The position numbers and the translations under genes are program-made. From the human T2T-CHM13v2.0 reference genome, Homo sapiens: 64,000 bases of DNA. The stretch lies in assembly GCF_009914755.1 (NCBI RefSeq), contig NC_060942.1. One strand, given 5' to 3'. Below are positions 31,080-44,276 of this stretch, in pieces. Positions within the stretch are counted from its first letter, which is position 1, and every line of letters starts with the position of its first letter. The notes under the pieces are model-generated. The model saw nothing but the letters and a program-made list of their open reading frames with translations, ran no database searches and had not been told where the DNA came from.

Positions 31080-31696
31080 GTTTTTTTTTTTTTAATTTTT
31101 GGTTTTTTATTTTACTTTAAGTTCTGGGATACATGTGCAGAATGTGCAGGTTTGTTACATAGGTATACATGTGCCGTGGTGGTTTGCTGCACCTATCAAC
31201 CCGTCATTTAGGTTTTAAGCCCCGCATGCGTTAGGTATTTGTCCTAATGCTCTCCCTCCCCTTGCCCCCAACTCTCCAACAGGCCCCAGTGTATGATGTT
31301 CCCCTCCCTGTGTCCATGTGTTCTCATTGTTAAACTCCCACTTATAAGTGAGAATATGCAGTGTTTGGGTTTGTGTTCCTGTGTTAGTTTGCTGAGAACG
31401 ATGGCTTCCAGCTTCATCAATCTCCCTGCAAACGACATGAACTCATTCTTTTTTATGGCTGCATAGTATTCCATGGTGTATATGTGCCACATTTTATTCA
31501 TCCAGTCTATCATTGTTGGATATTTGGGTTGGTTCCACATCTTTGCTATTGTAAATGGTGCTGCAATAAACATGTGTGCATGTGTCTTTATAGTAGAATG
31601 ATTTATAATCCTTTGGGTATATACTCAGTAATGGGCTTGTTGGGTCAAATGGTATTTCTGGGTCTAGATCCTTGAGGAATCGCCATACTGTCTTCA
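31080..31696 (-). mobile_element. L1PA 3' end
   Basis: Reverse primate L1 3'UTR and ORF2 C-terminus; ORFs 31494..31697 and 31244..31573 translate to L1 ORF2-like KDTCT and MWHIYTMEYYAAIKK. Confidence 0.95.
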
Positions 31697-32886
31697 TTTA
31701 TGAGGAAAAGTATGAAACCTTTCTGCCTGCTTTAGTGTTAAATGCTAAGTTTCTGTTCACAGGCCTGTCTCTGCATTTTTGGGGCAAGAACTTTAAAAAC
31801 ATGGTCTAGTCCTTTGTAGCTGTAGTTTATAACATGTCTGATACATTGCCGCCATTTAAAAAGTGATGAATTATTAATTGAAAACGTCTTTCTCTTTAAA
31901 TGTGTGTGTTTATGGTCAATAGTGTAAGCAATCTGAATACGTATATTACTTTAGGGACTATGTCTGTTTCTGTATTTCAATGGTGCCCCATTTTTTTCAT
32001 TTAATTGGGATTCTCATTATCTTATTTTTCCCTTCAGTGGAATTATCTGACAATCTGACATGATTGTAGGCTGACTCCAGTCCTCAAAATTTCTATTACA
32101 AAATCTATTCAGAATGGAATAATAATTACTTGGTATTGGCAGAGTAAGTACCCAGAAGAGGATCACTAATACTCTCAGTTCTTGATGATGTTTCATAAAA
32201 AGGGATAAATTAACCTCCATCCCAATTCTATTTCTTTAAGATATTGAGGCAGAGGCACAGGATGTAGGTTGTGTCACTTCTCTTTTCTTTTTAACCATTT
32301 TCTTTATTAACATGTCTCCAGAAATCCTCTTTCTCTCTTGACCAATGCATTCACTGATTACACATTTTACCCTCTGAAGCCAACTCCGTGGTTTAAATCA
32401 TTTTAGGCTAGCAAGAAAATTACACAGACAAATTCAGTATCGAGCTGAACTAGATACTTAAATGAAAATAGTTGGAATGATATTCAGAAAACATCCTGTG
32501 TAAACAAATGGCAAATACAGTTTTAAGAAAGATTATAAATGCACTGCATTTAAATAATTACATGAAAATGTGTATTTTGAACATGACAGAATAAAACATA
32601 AATGGATGTTGAATAAAAGCTCAAAAGCATAGGCAACAAAAGCAAAAATAGACAAATGGGACACATCACATTGAAAAGCTTCTGCACAGCAAAGGAAACA
32701 ATCAATAGAGTGAAGAGACAACCTACAGAATGGGAGAGGGTATTTGTAAACTATGCAGTTGACAAAGGGTTAATATCAGGACTATCTAAGGAACTCAAAC
32801 AACCCAGTGCCAATACAAACAAATAATCCCATTTAAAAATGGGCAAATGACCCGAATAAACATTTCCTTAAAAAGACATACAAATA

Positions 32887-33198
32887 GGCTGGGTGTGGTG
32901 GCTCACGCCTGTAATCCCAGCACTTTGGGAGGCCGAGGCGGGTGGATCACGAGGTCAGGAGTTTGAGACCAGCCTGACCAATATGGTGAAACCCCGTCTC
33001 TACTAAAATTACAAAAATTAGCCAGGCGTGGTGGTGCACACCTGTAATCCTAGCTAATCTGGAGTCTGAGGTAGGAGAATCACTTGAACCCGGGAGGCAG
33101 GCAAAGGTTGCAGTGAGCTGAGATTACACCACTCCACTCCAGCCTGGGTGACAGAGTGAGACTCCATCTCAAAAAAAAAAAAAAAAAAAAAAAAAGAC
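32887..33198 (+). mobile_element. AluS in L1
   Basis: Alu dimer; TSD AAAGACATACAAATA. Confidence 0.95.
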
Positions 33199-33505
33199 AA
33201 AGACATACAAATAGCCAATATGAAAAAATGCTCAACATCACGAATCATTAGAGAAATGCAAATCAAAACCACAACGAGGTATCACTTCACCCCCGTTAGA
33301 ATAGTTATTACCAAAAAGACAAAAAACAACAAATACTGGTGATGTTGTGGCTAAGGGGGAACTCTAATGCACTGTTGGTAGGAATGTAAATCAGTACAGC
33401 CACTATGGAAACAGTGTGGAAGTTTCTCAAAAAACTAAAAATAGAACCACTGTATGATCCAGCAACCCCACTACTGGGTTTATATCCAACGACAATGAAA
33501 TCATT

Positions 33506-33808
33506 GGTCAGGTGCGGTGGCTTATGCCTGTAATCTCAGCATTTTGGGAGGCTGAGGCGGGTGGACCACTTGGGGCTGGGAGTTTGAGACCAGCCTGGCC
33601 AACATGGTGAAACCCTGTCTCTACTAAAAATACAAAAATTAGCCAGACATGGTAGCACATGCCTGTAATCCCAGTTACTCAGGAGGCCAAGGCAGGACAA
33701 TTGCTTGAACCCGGGAGGTGGATGTTGTAGTGAGCCGAAATCATGCCACTGCACTCAAGCCTGGGCAACAGAGCAAGACTCCATTTCAAAAAAAAAAAAA
33801 CAAAAAAA
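33506..33808 (+). mobile_element. AluS in L1
   Basis: Alu dimer; TSD TGAAATCA. Confidence 0.93.
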
Positions 33809-34829
33809 CTGAAATCAGCATGGTGACAAGATACTTGCACTCCTATGTTTATTGCAGCACTATTCACAATAGCCAAGATATGAAACCAACCTAAATGTCC
33901 ATCAACAGATGAATGGATAAAGAAAGTGTTGTATATATATATAATCACATTTAATAATAGTATTCTATTACATATACGTGTATGTACACATACATATATG
34001 TATATTACATACTTGTTTTAGAAATACATACGTAATAGACATACATGTCTATTACATATATGTATTTATACATATATGCATATGTATACACACACATATG
34101 TAATAGAATACCATTCAGCCATAAAGCAGGATAAGATCCTGCCTGTCATTTGCAGCAACATGGATGAACCAGGAAGTTATTATGTTAAGTGAAATAAGCC
34201 AGGCACAATAAAACAATCTCCATATGATCTCACTCATATGTGGAATCTAAAAGAGTTGATTTCATAGAAATAGAGAGTAGAATGGTTACCAGAGACTGAG
34301 AAGGGAAGGGGAGAAAGGACAGGACATGGAGAGGTTGGTCAACAGACACAGAGTTACGGTTAGACAGGAAGAATAAGTTCTAGTGTTTTATTACACAGTA
34401 GGGTGACTATAGCAAATTAACAATGCAGTGTATATATCAAGATAGCAAGAAGAGATTTTGAATGTTACCACCACAAAGAAATAAATGATCAGTGTTTAAA
34501 GTATGGATATGATAACTACCCTGATTTAATCATCATACAACATACACAAGCATTGAAACATCGCACTGTACCCTATAAATATGCACAATTACGTATCAAT
34601 ACAAATAATTAAAAAATAGATATTCACAAGTGAAAAGGCAGCTGTGGAGGCCTTTTCTAATCACAGAAAATTGTGCCTTTTAAAAAACTTTCTTGCACAA
34701 GTAACAGCCGTAATTTCTTCAGAATACTTACCATGCATGTTGATTTAATCTAATAGGACAGGCATACTTCTTCTGTATATGGTAGAGTGACCTGGTTTTA
34801 AAAACTGTCACATGAATGGCTAGAGTGAA

Positions 34830-35280
34830 ATTATAAAGAGCATGCATTGTAGTGCTTGAGTGCCTGCCTCCAAATTCCAGTTCTGCAATTTACGTGCTGT
34901 GTAAATCTTGGCAAGTCACTCAATCATTTTGTACCCCAGCTTCCTCTTATGTAAGCTGGGAATAATAATAGTGCTTGAAAGGGGTAACATGAGAATTCAA
35001 TGAGTATATTTGTCATGTGCTCAGAACCACATCTGGTACTCTGTACATGAGGTCTAAAAGGCGGGGGGGTGGCCATTATTGTCAAGGACACCCAGTCTTC
35101 ATTGAGCCCATTAAAGATGCCAGCACAATCTGTCTACCTTGTATGCATCGTATCATTTAATCTTAAAATACCTCTTTAAGGTAGGTTTTTTAAAACTGCA
35201 TTTTACAAATGAGGAAACTGAGGCTTAGTGGTTAAACACTTGCCCCAGCTTAGTAAATGACCATGCTGGGATCCAGTTCA
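34830..35280. mobile_element. Two MIR fragments in opposite orientation
   Basis: TTGGCAAGTCACTCAAT...TGTAAGCTGGGAATAATAATAG (+) and TTTTACAAATGAGGAAACTGAGGC (-). Confidence 0.7.
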
Positions 35281-36868
35281 CTGTCCTACCATAATAGGGC
35301 TCTAAGGAATTTGCTTAAGAAAATGGCTTATTTTAACATCTGATATCAAATTGAAAAAATAAAGTTATCCAGATTATCATAAAGATGTCTTTTCAGAAAT
35401 CATGGTAAGATGATAAGAGAAGGTATTTACTTTTACTCAGGTATGTTTCTTGTGTTGTTGCCTGCCCTAGTTTATTAGACCCTTGATATGACAAAAAATA
35501 TGCATGTAAAATCTAATTAGAAAGTACCCCTTGACTTTGAAACCAGCACATACACAGTTTTCTGAGTCCAATAAAAGAAAATAAGAGGGCTTATTGTGAG
35601 GCAACTACAAGTGAAATGACCTTCAATAGGTGCTACTGTACAGAAAAAATGTATCAGTAATTATTCTGAATTTGAGATAATAGAAAACAATGAAAGATAA
35701 ATGATCTAAACTTTAGTCTCTTCAATATTACATTAAATATCACTATAATATTTGTGTCATATTTTAACATATATGAAAATCATTCATAACGATATGTCTC
35801 TAATTGGAGCTAACAATTCCTCATGATAAGCACTACCCTAGTACTTTGTAAGTCATGCTCATAGCATCGATAGTCTTTATTCATATGTGTATATATCCCA
35901 CAGTGTGTGAGGTCCTACTGTATGTGGGACCCTGTGCTATGTGGGCTGAGAAGACCATGATGAGTAAAACAGACTGCTATGACTCTTGCCAACACAGAGC
36001 ACATAGTGTAATGAGGAAGAATAATTAAAAGAGTAAAATAGTACATTTTCATTCTAAATCATCTGCTTTTCAGTTAATGGTGACTTTATTCCCCCATAAG
36101 AATGTGTGAATATTTATTTTATATTTGTTCACCTAAGGAGGTTACTTGAATTGTTTTGTTAAAATTAAGGCCTATTTTAAAGGTAAATTAAATTTTTCCC
36201 AAAAGAAAAAAAAAAGACTTTCCACCTGCAATATGTAATGTTTCCAAACTGTGCTCCTAGATTTAGGTCTTGCAAGGGTTACCCCATTTCACAGTGACAC
36301 TGACTTGGTTTGCTTTCTAATATTATCTTCTTTGATAGAAATTTTACGATCTTCAAGTTTCTTGAGGTACTCCCTTTCTTTTTAAGATCTTGTATTTTCT
36401 TATTTGAAAAATACTTACATTTAGACTGCATCACGCTTCACATCAGTTTTGTTTTCCCTTAAAGCACCATTATGCTTAGCCATTTATTTACCCAAGCCAG
36501 CTTAAGGCTCCAAGGGAAGGGCGGCCACAGTGTTGAGTACTGACTCGCTCTCCTCTGTTGTGATTGTACCCAGAGAACTAAGAGCATGCTGAGAACCCAG
36601 AGAATTAAGAGCATGCTTCCCTCTATAATGAGGAGGAAGAGGAGACTAGAGTTAGCTGAGAGGTGGAGTGGTGGTGGCGACGGGGGACAGCGGGTGGAAA
36701 GGGAGAATGCAAGCAGGTAGCAGGCAAATTTCTTGGGGAGTAGCACTGAGTGTTTCAGCCTTCTCCTAATGACAAACAGCAGTGGCCATGAAGCTGTAAG
36801 AATGGCTGAGTCCTATTTCTTGGATATGCAGCAGATGCAGGAATGCCATGGAGCATTCTTTATCTCTA

Positions 36869-37549
36869 CAATATCAGAAATATATATTTGTAATTGGAGC
36901 AAAAAAAGCACAACATTTACCAAAGGTAGTTATATTGCTGCCTGACACAATGAAGGATTCTTAGTAAGTGCTTTTATGAGTCAATACTCAGATCAAATGT
37001 CTTGAGCCTGTGCAGTTATCAAAAATTTAGTTACATGTCATGCCACTTCCTGAAGAAGATTGTCAATAACAAAAGAGCCATTTAATAATGGTTGCTCTCT
37101 TTACATTGTTTATCTGATTAGTTATGGTTAGTTATGGTGCCTCTCTATATTGAGTGCAACTAGCTCTGTTTATTCCTCTTCCTCCAAGCTAGAAGTATCA
37201 CCTTCAACAACATTTCTCCAGGATATTCGACCGGGGGACACTGTTGTACATTATAATGAACCAAGGGCACACCAGTGGGAGCTGCTGAGCTATAATACAC
37301 ACTTGCAATGAGGTTATCGAAAAATATCCAATATTAGAAATACATATTGTAATTGGAGCAAAAAAAGCACATTCACCAAAGGTAACTATATTGCTGCCTG
37401 ACAAAATGAAGGATTCTTAGTAAGTGTTTTTGATGAGTCAATACTCAGATCAAATGTCTTGAGCTGTGCAATTATCAAAAATTTAGTTACATGTCATACC
37501 ACTTCCTGAAGAGGCAGATTGTCATATAACAAAATAAACATTTAATAAT
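36869..37549 (+). repeat. Non-adjacent direct duplication of ~220 bp (36869-37089 vs 37329-37549)
   Basis: Clear alignment over the full length with scattered substitutions and indels; ~240-bp unique spacer. Confidence 0.95.
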
Positions 37550-39301
37550 TATATATTTACATATACACCCACATATAATTGTAAATATGAATTACATGTA
37601 TTTAAATATTTATACATTGTTAGCATTAATTTTTTTTACAAGCAATTCCTATTCGCATCTCATAGAATACCACCTTCTCAGGAAACACATCTTCAGCCAT
37701 GCTGATACTAAGAAACAGGCAATTGTGTTTATGCTGCTTTCTTGTCTCTGTGATATTAGCTAAACTTACAGTTGAATAAAATTACATGTTGGGGTGAGAA
37801 TTTGGAAAATTACTTGGTTAAGATGGCCTGAGTTCTAGGCATGGCTCTGCCAGAGGTCAGTGAGAAATTCTACAGGCTATGTCAATGTACTTGCTTGTCC
37901 TCCTGACTTTCCTTTCTGGTATAAATTTCCCTAGCAGTGTTCCTTGCTCAAAGAAGCAGTCCCGGGCTGTTCTTTGCCCAGGGATATCTTCCCAAGATGA
38001 CCAGAAATGGCTTCATGACCTAAGGGTGGACAGCAGTGTTCTATTGTACCCACATCATCATCGTCTCACACGGAAGAGATGAGGCCTGTCATCAATCCAT
38101 CAGATTACTCTTTTGATAGTGCAAATTGGAATTACAGAAAGGTTTCTTTTTGGAGAAGGGCCGAACGAAACAAATACGCAGAATGTAGGTAGGTATATCT
38201 TAAGTAAGATAGAATTTGTCTTGAGTGATTTTTACTGGCTTCCTTTTAGGAATCTTATCTTAGTCTATTTTTTTAAAATAATCAAATGAAATAGTTCTTA
38301 CTTTTCTTCTTTATTGCTGTGTGAATTTTTAAAAAATACTTTTTCTTAACAGCTGCATGTTTGTCTCGGATATTTTGTATGTTGTGATTATTTTAAGGGA
38401 GACAATTTAGACACTTACTATAAAATTATTGGGTAAAAAAAGCCAACATAAAACTGGAAACTTTAAATTGTACCCAGTCTTTTTTTTCTAAAAAATGGAA
38501 ACCAATAGTCTATAAATGTACATTGTGGTTATTATTCTTTTATAGTTTTCCACTGACTCTTCTTATTGATTCAAAAATATTTCAAGAAGTTATTTTTTAG
38601 AGCTACTTTTTGGAGTGATCACCAAAGAAATTGAAGAGATCACCTGTCAGCCATCAACACCCTACTGCCCCTGGATAGGTCTCCCTGCCATTATGTAATT
38701 CCCTTGAGGGAGGGAACCTGGAGGAGGATGAGAAGAAAAATAATCAAAGAAACAAAACAAGCATGAATTTAAAAGAAAAGCTTTCTGTCAGCTTTCTTCT
38801 TATTTTTCTTCTTCTTTTTCAAACACAGGAGTGATTGAATCACAGCCTGCCCTAATGGTATTTTATTGAGTTTCTAACTGCCAAGTCATGTCTGAGCTGC
38901 CAGTTTAAGTTTCAAACTTTTAGAAAAAGAACTGTTCCATATCCAGTCATTTGTTCCTATTCAATTTTGCAAAATAAAGAGATCACTTAAAGAACTCTGG
39001 GGAAGAGGATATTTGAGTTTTAGGGCCCAAACCCCTTGGCTTAACTTTCTACCATGTTGTCCATTAAAATATCTGAAGAAGGGGAAATTTTTCACCAAAA
39101 ATTTATATTAAGAATTGAGCAGATGTGGGGTTCAGATAGGAGTTTTTATGGACAACAATACAGGAAACAGGATTAAGAAATAGCATTGGCCTATTTCTTT
39201 ATTCTACAGTTCCGAGTCTGAAGTGGCACAGCTTTGATGTTCTGTTTGTCATTCTGTGCTGTGGCACTTTAAAAGTAAGAAAAATCATTAATGTATTACA
39301 G

Positions 39302-39480
39302 CAGTGATTCCTAAACCTTTGCGTGCATCTGAATCACCTGAAGGACTTGTTAAAACACAATTGTTGGGTCCTACTTCCAGAGTTTCTAATGCAGTGGGGT
39401 GGGACCTGAGAATTGGCATCTAACAAGTTCTCAAATAATTTTGTTGCTGCTGGTTTGGGGACCAAGTTTTGAGAACTACT
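39302..39480. mobile_element. MER5A (hAT-Charlie MITE)
   Basis: CAGTGATTCCTAAAC...GAATCACCTG...TTTGAGAACTACT. Confidence 0.85.
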
Positions 39481-39569
39481 TTATTACAAGGTCTCTCTTC
39501 TCCATGGCAGCTGAGAGGAAATTAAGGGTGTTATTCTGAACTACCTAAAATTAGGAAGTTAACTGTGGT

Positions 39570-39725
39570 TAGTGGTTCTCAGTCTTGGGTATTTTTTTAT
39601 GAATCACTTGAGGAGAATTGTAAAAAATACTGATGTCATTATCTTTGTGATAGAAGTAGGACATTGATAATTTTTGAAAGATCCCTAGGTGTTTCCAATA
39701 TGTACACAGAGTTGAGAATTCTTCA
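39570..39725. mobile_element. Second MER5-family MITE
   Basis: AGTGGTTCTCAGTCTTGG...GAATCACTTG...GTTGAGAA. Confidence 0.65.
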
Positions 39726-40530
39726 TCATTTCCTAATTAGATATCAAGGATTTTCACCTACTCTAAATGAACAGTGTTGGTAGTACCTGGGCAAACTCTG
39801 AGAGGCAGAAGAGGAGAATTAGTGAAAAATCCTCTCACAGTAACTTCTAATGCAAGGCTTAGAGTAAGTATAACTTGATAAATCATGAGTCTCTAACACA
39901 CACAAACAAATGAAAGATTTTTTTCAGCATATGAAACTTTGATGGAGTCTTTTCCTGTTCTGAGTGAAAAGATGGGGTCGTACACCTAAAAGGAAGCCAA
40001 ATTTTTCTAAGGCCTTCTATTTTTGGGGGGGAATATGGTAGGCATTCTACCTTATAGCATATCCTCCAGCATGTGAACTGAGAGGTTGACTTGTCCACAA
40101 GGAGAGAAATTTGAGAACTCATGCTATATTCTAATACTAAGCTTGGCCAAATTGCATTCTGCTCAAGAATGAGTCAACTGAGAAAATCGGATCAAAGCTC
40201 ATAAAACAGTCTGCAGCCCAAGAGAAGAACATTTCTCTAAGTGTTCAATAGAACATCTTTCTTGCCAAATAGAATTACTAAATGACAAGGAAAGAAAAAA
40301 CATTTAAAATACCTGCCTGATGGCCTAATTTGTTTTAGGAAAACATTATTTGTAACAATAAATAGGTCAAGATAAATAGAGACTAGCTTGTGATAAGAAG
40401 AAAATGGAAGGAATCAAATGGTTCCAGAAGCAATAATAGAAAAGACATATTGCAGGAAATTGAATTATTTATACCATATCTGTATTTTAATAAATTAGCA
40501 CTAGAAGAATAATAACAATAAGTTAGTTTA

Positions 40531-40674
40531 AGCTTTGTGCAGTGGCACTATTGTAGCTACTGAGGTTCCTCCAAGGTGTGATTATTGCTAATTAAAAACA
40601 TTTCCCAATACCACGGTGTGATGACTTGCATTAGAATGGGCATTGGCAATTTTTGACAGTCTCTACAGAGACCG
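40531..40674 (+). pseudogene. RNU4: U4 snRNA pseudogene (full length, diverged)
   Basis: Colinear with U4: AGCTTTGTGCAGTGGCA...GATTATTGCTAATT...TTTCCCAATACC...GGCATTGGCAATTTTTGACAGTCTCTACAGAGAC. Sm site AATTTTTG at 40648-40655; many CpG-decay changes; A-rich tail; no recognisable snRNA promoter upstream. Confidence 0.95.
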
Positions 40675-41786
40675 AATTTAAAAAAAGAAAAAAGAGAATT
40701 CATTTTTAACCATAATGTGCAAATACTGTATTTGATGTATCCTGTACTCTGTCACTTGTCTTCGAGTGCCAAGCTTGGGTGCTTGGGACCACAAGGGAAG
40801 TGCTGTGGTTGGGAGACACTTGATTATTAACCAGGTCACCTGTCTCAAGTCCTTGCTTGAGTTTCTGCTTTCTTGGCAAGAGGGAAATCTCCAGATTTTT
40901 TTTTGTCCTTATTCCTGGGAAATCTCGACATAGAGTCCATTCAAATCTGCCGGCTACTTGCTGTGAACCCTAACCCCTAATCTAGTCCCTCTTAGCTTTG
41001 AGGGATCCCACAATCACCAAGAGAAATAGAAGTTTCCAAAATGAGACAGTCAAATTAACAATTACCACAAATGATTCCAAAGTGGAGAGAAATGTTTACT
41101 TGGGTGAGTCAATGGTCTTTCTCTCTGTCCCACAAAAGAGAAGGTGCCCATACTACACTGCTGGGATAGGGGAGCCACCAAAGAAAAGAGCTCTGGAGGC
41201 TTACTGCCAGTGAATTACACACATGCAGATCTGTGGCCTCTTCTCCTTATGATTGGTGGGGTGGGGGTGGGACCCCAGCAGCCCTATTTCAACAGGAAGC
41301 AGGTAGGCACCGATCTTCCTAAGAACCATTAGAACGTCACCCCCAACTGAAAATATAGGCAGATTTCCATGGTGATTTAAGCACTTGAAGGGTAAGTACA
41401 TATTAAAATGTGCCCCCACAAGATACAGGCCTTTGGAAGTGCTCTGTGTGGATGTACCCTCACTTTCTAACATCAACTCCTAATTTTCTCTCCTACTCTG
41501 CCTTAGTATTCCATTTCCTGGAATACTCATCTACGTAAGAGATGGAGATTCTGGCCATCTTTTTTTCCCTGTGCCCTGCAAACTCTATCATCTTTGGCTT
41601 AGAACGAATGTTGTGGTAGGCTTTCTTTGGACCATGCTTCTACTGGTTGTCAAATCAGAAGGCTCTTGTATCATGAGGTGGAAGAATATAGTACCAATTC
41701 CATTCAATTTCCTCCTCCAGGGACGGCATCAGAAACTTTTCCCTTTGATTAGGGCAAACACAGCTTATCAACTTGAGTATGTTAAG

Positions 41787-41970
41787 TTTCTTTTTTTTAA
41801 TTTTATTTTATTATTATTATACTTTAAGTTTTAGGGTACATGTGCACAATGTGCAGGTTGGTTACATATGTATACATGTGCCATGCTGGTGTGCTGCACC
41901 CATTAACTCGTCATTTAGCATTAGGTATATCTCCTAAAGCTATCCCTCCCCCCTCCCCCCACCCCACAAC
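41787..41970 (-). mobile_element. Short young L1PA 3' end
   Basis: Near-consensus TACTTTAAGTTTTAGGGTACATGTGCAC...CCCTCCCCCCACCCCACAAC; truncated just past the G-rich tract. Confidence 0.95.
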
Positions 41971-42131
41971 TTTGGTTTAAAGCAAGTGACACCAATCAGG
42001 CTTGGAAGAGATAGAAACTGGGCAACTCTAAGTCACTTTTTGAAAGAAACTTCTAGATTGTCTCACCTACTTTCACAGAATAAATGATCTCTAAACATTT
42101 TCTCTCATTGTTGTGTGACCTCTCGGAGGGT

Positions 42132-43010
42132 TGAAACTGCCTTTGCAAAAACTATAACTGAGACAATTATTACAGTGAAAGAGATCTGACCTAACTGACT
42201 CCATCTTGCTTCTAACCTTCATGCTGTCCTTGTTCATTTTTGGGTGGAGGCTGAACTAACTCTGGGATGAACTTACTTTATGGTTTAGCTTTGAAACGGT
42301 GATGGTAACAGCCCTTTCTCAAAACAAACCCCCTTCCTACCTAGGGACTAGACTGCCTTTGCAGGACTAACAAATTAGCCACAAGATTAGAAATTATGGT
42401 TTAGGAGTCATGCAGCTGGAGGCTGTAAGATTCTAAACTTCCTCAAATTGCTCCTGGGGATAACGTCACTATTGTAAACCCTAATACCAGCACTTGAGAC
42501 ATTTTGCAGACCCTGCATTCGAAGGATCAGTTGGTACCACCTAAATTGATAAACTGGCTCATTTGGTCTTTTGGCCCCACCCTGCCACCCCCCTACCCAG
42601 GAAATGACTTTGCAAGAGGACAGCTTCAACTCCCTGTGATTTCATCTCTGACATGACCAATCAGAACTCCCAACTCACTGGCCCCCTACCTACCAAATTA
42701 TCCTTAAAAAATCAGATCCCCAAATGCTCGGGAAGACTGATTTCAGTAATAATAAAACTCCGGTCTCCCACACAGCCAGCTTTGCATGAATTACCCTTTC
42801 CTCCCAACTCACTGGCCCCCTACCCACCAAATTATCCTTAAAAAATCAGATCCCCAAATGCTCGGGAAGACTGATTTCAGTAATAATAAAACTCCAGTCT
42901 CCCACACAGCCAGCTTTGTATGAATTACCCTTTCTCTACTGCAATTCTCTGGTCTTGATAAATCGGCTCTGTCTAGGCAACAGGCAAGATAAACCCATTG
43001 GGTGGTTGTA
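42132..43010 (+). mobile_element. ERV1 solo LTR (LTR8 family) with internal 134-bp tandem duplication
   Basis: TGAAACTGCCTTTGCAAAA...GACTCCATCTTGCTTCTAACC start; 4-bp TSD GGGT at 42128-42131 and 43011-43014. Confidence 0.88.
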
Positions 43011-44276
43011 GGGTCCACACCTAAGGAAAGAAACAGTGATCAATTGGCTGAACTTGGATCATGTGGCTACTGTCGATCTAGGTACCAAGAGAAAGGATCT
43101 TGTAGAAAGAGCTCTAAGACCACTTTAGCCTTATAATGGTAGCTCAAGGCTCTTTGAATATAGAATTTTATTACGCTTCTGCATGATAAAAATACTTCAG
43201 TCTTCATATAGAAAAATGAAAAGCCTGTGGGAAAAAGTAATGGATGCAGTGTAGCCCTAAATTGACAATTGTTCTGTACAAGAACAACTAATTTTATTCC
43301 AAAGACAGTGCAGCTTATGTTCATCTGAAAATAGTATATTGATTTTATTGTATAACATTGATTCTACTTCTTATAAAACATAACTCTTTTTTATTGTGCT
43401 AAAGAAGTTTTCTCCTTCTTCTTGGCTCCTCTTTCATCACAAAGAGCCTCTTTTTAACCCTTTTATTATCATCTCAGATCGCTTGCAAAATTTCTCAGCT
43501 CCTAATCCTTTGATGTTCTCACAGGGAGAGAAAATAGGAAAAGGACAAGAGTGCCAGTGACCTCCTTTGTCCTCAGAGTGAGGTGATGTTCTGCTTAAGG
43601 ACTGAACTATTCATGTCAGTGGTGTCCTTTTATTGCTTATAGGGATGTACAGATTCATTTCCCAACCATCTCAAAGGTTTTCTCTCCTGTGAACTCCAGT
43701 AGCCCTCTGTCTATACTTGTGGTCTTTCCCACCCATCTTCAGACTATTTTATTCTCTGAATTGTTAGTATTTTAGAACCACAGTCAGTCTGATGATAAAG
43801 GGCTTTCAAAAAATGGTCCACCTTCCATGAGACCACATATCATCAATTTAAGTATAAAGAGTAAGCATATAATTTATTACCCAAATTAGAACACTTTTGA
43901 AAGTAAAAGGAAACAATAGAAATCACATTATGTCATTGGCTTTAAACTAGGATTTCTCACAAAATGTTGAATTTTTTTTGACTTGTGGATATATAACTTA
44001 CAAGGTTAAGAAAATTTGATATATCTTTCATGAAGCCATAGGTTCTCTCAATTTCTCCTGCACATTGAACCTTGCCATATCTGATTGTATTCCTCTATTT
44101 TTAGTTGCTTTCTACTTCTTGAATCTGGTTTAGATATACATATATTTCAAGCTTGTTATTTTTTCAGCTGTATCCCTCTATCCACCCTTTCACATCTGTA
44201 CTTCCCCATCATTTTAATCCTTCATCTACATGAGGGTAGATGGAAAGGTGCATTGAAACATACATGAAAAGACATG

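Larger units (their letters stand above)
32615..34618 (+). mobile_element. L1PB/L1MA 3' portion interrupted by two Alus and a TA-rich microsatellite
   Basis: L1 ORF2 motifs (CTTCTGCACAGCAAAGGAAACAATC, GAAATGCAAATCAAAACCAC) and 3'UTR. Confidence 0.9.

Noticed and set aside
31244-31697. ORFs resembling a real protein C-terminus
   Set aside because: Frameshifted L1 ORF2 tail of a truncated L1PA.
36568-36617. Short tandem duplications (27-bp period here; also ~8288-8310, ~9138-9170, ~51798-51828)
   Set aside because: Ordinary slippage-type micro-duplications with no functional evidence.
43788-43810. CTGATGA hammerhead-like core (also at ~23459)
   Set aside because: No flanking helices or correctly placed GAAA; expected by chance.
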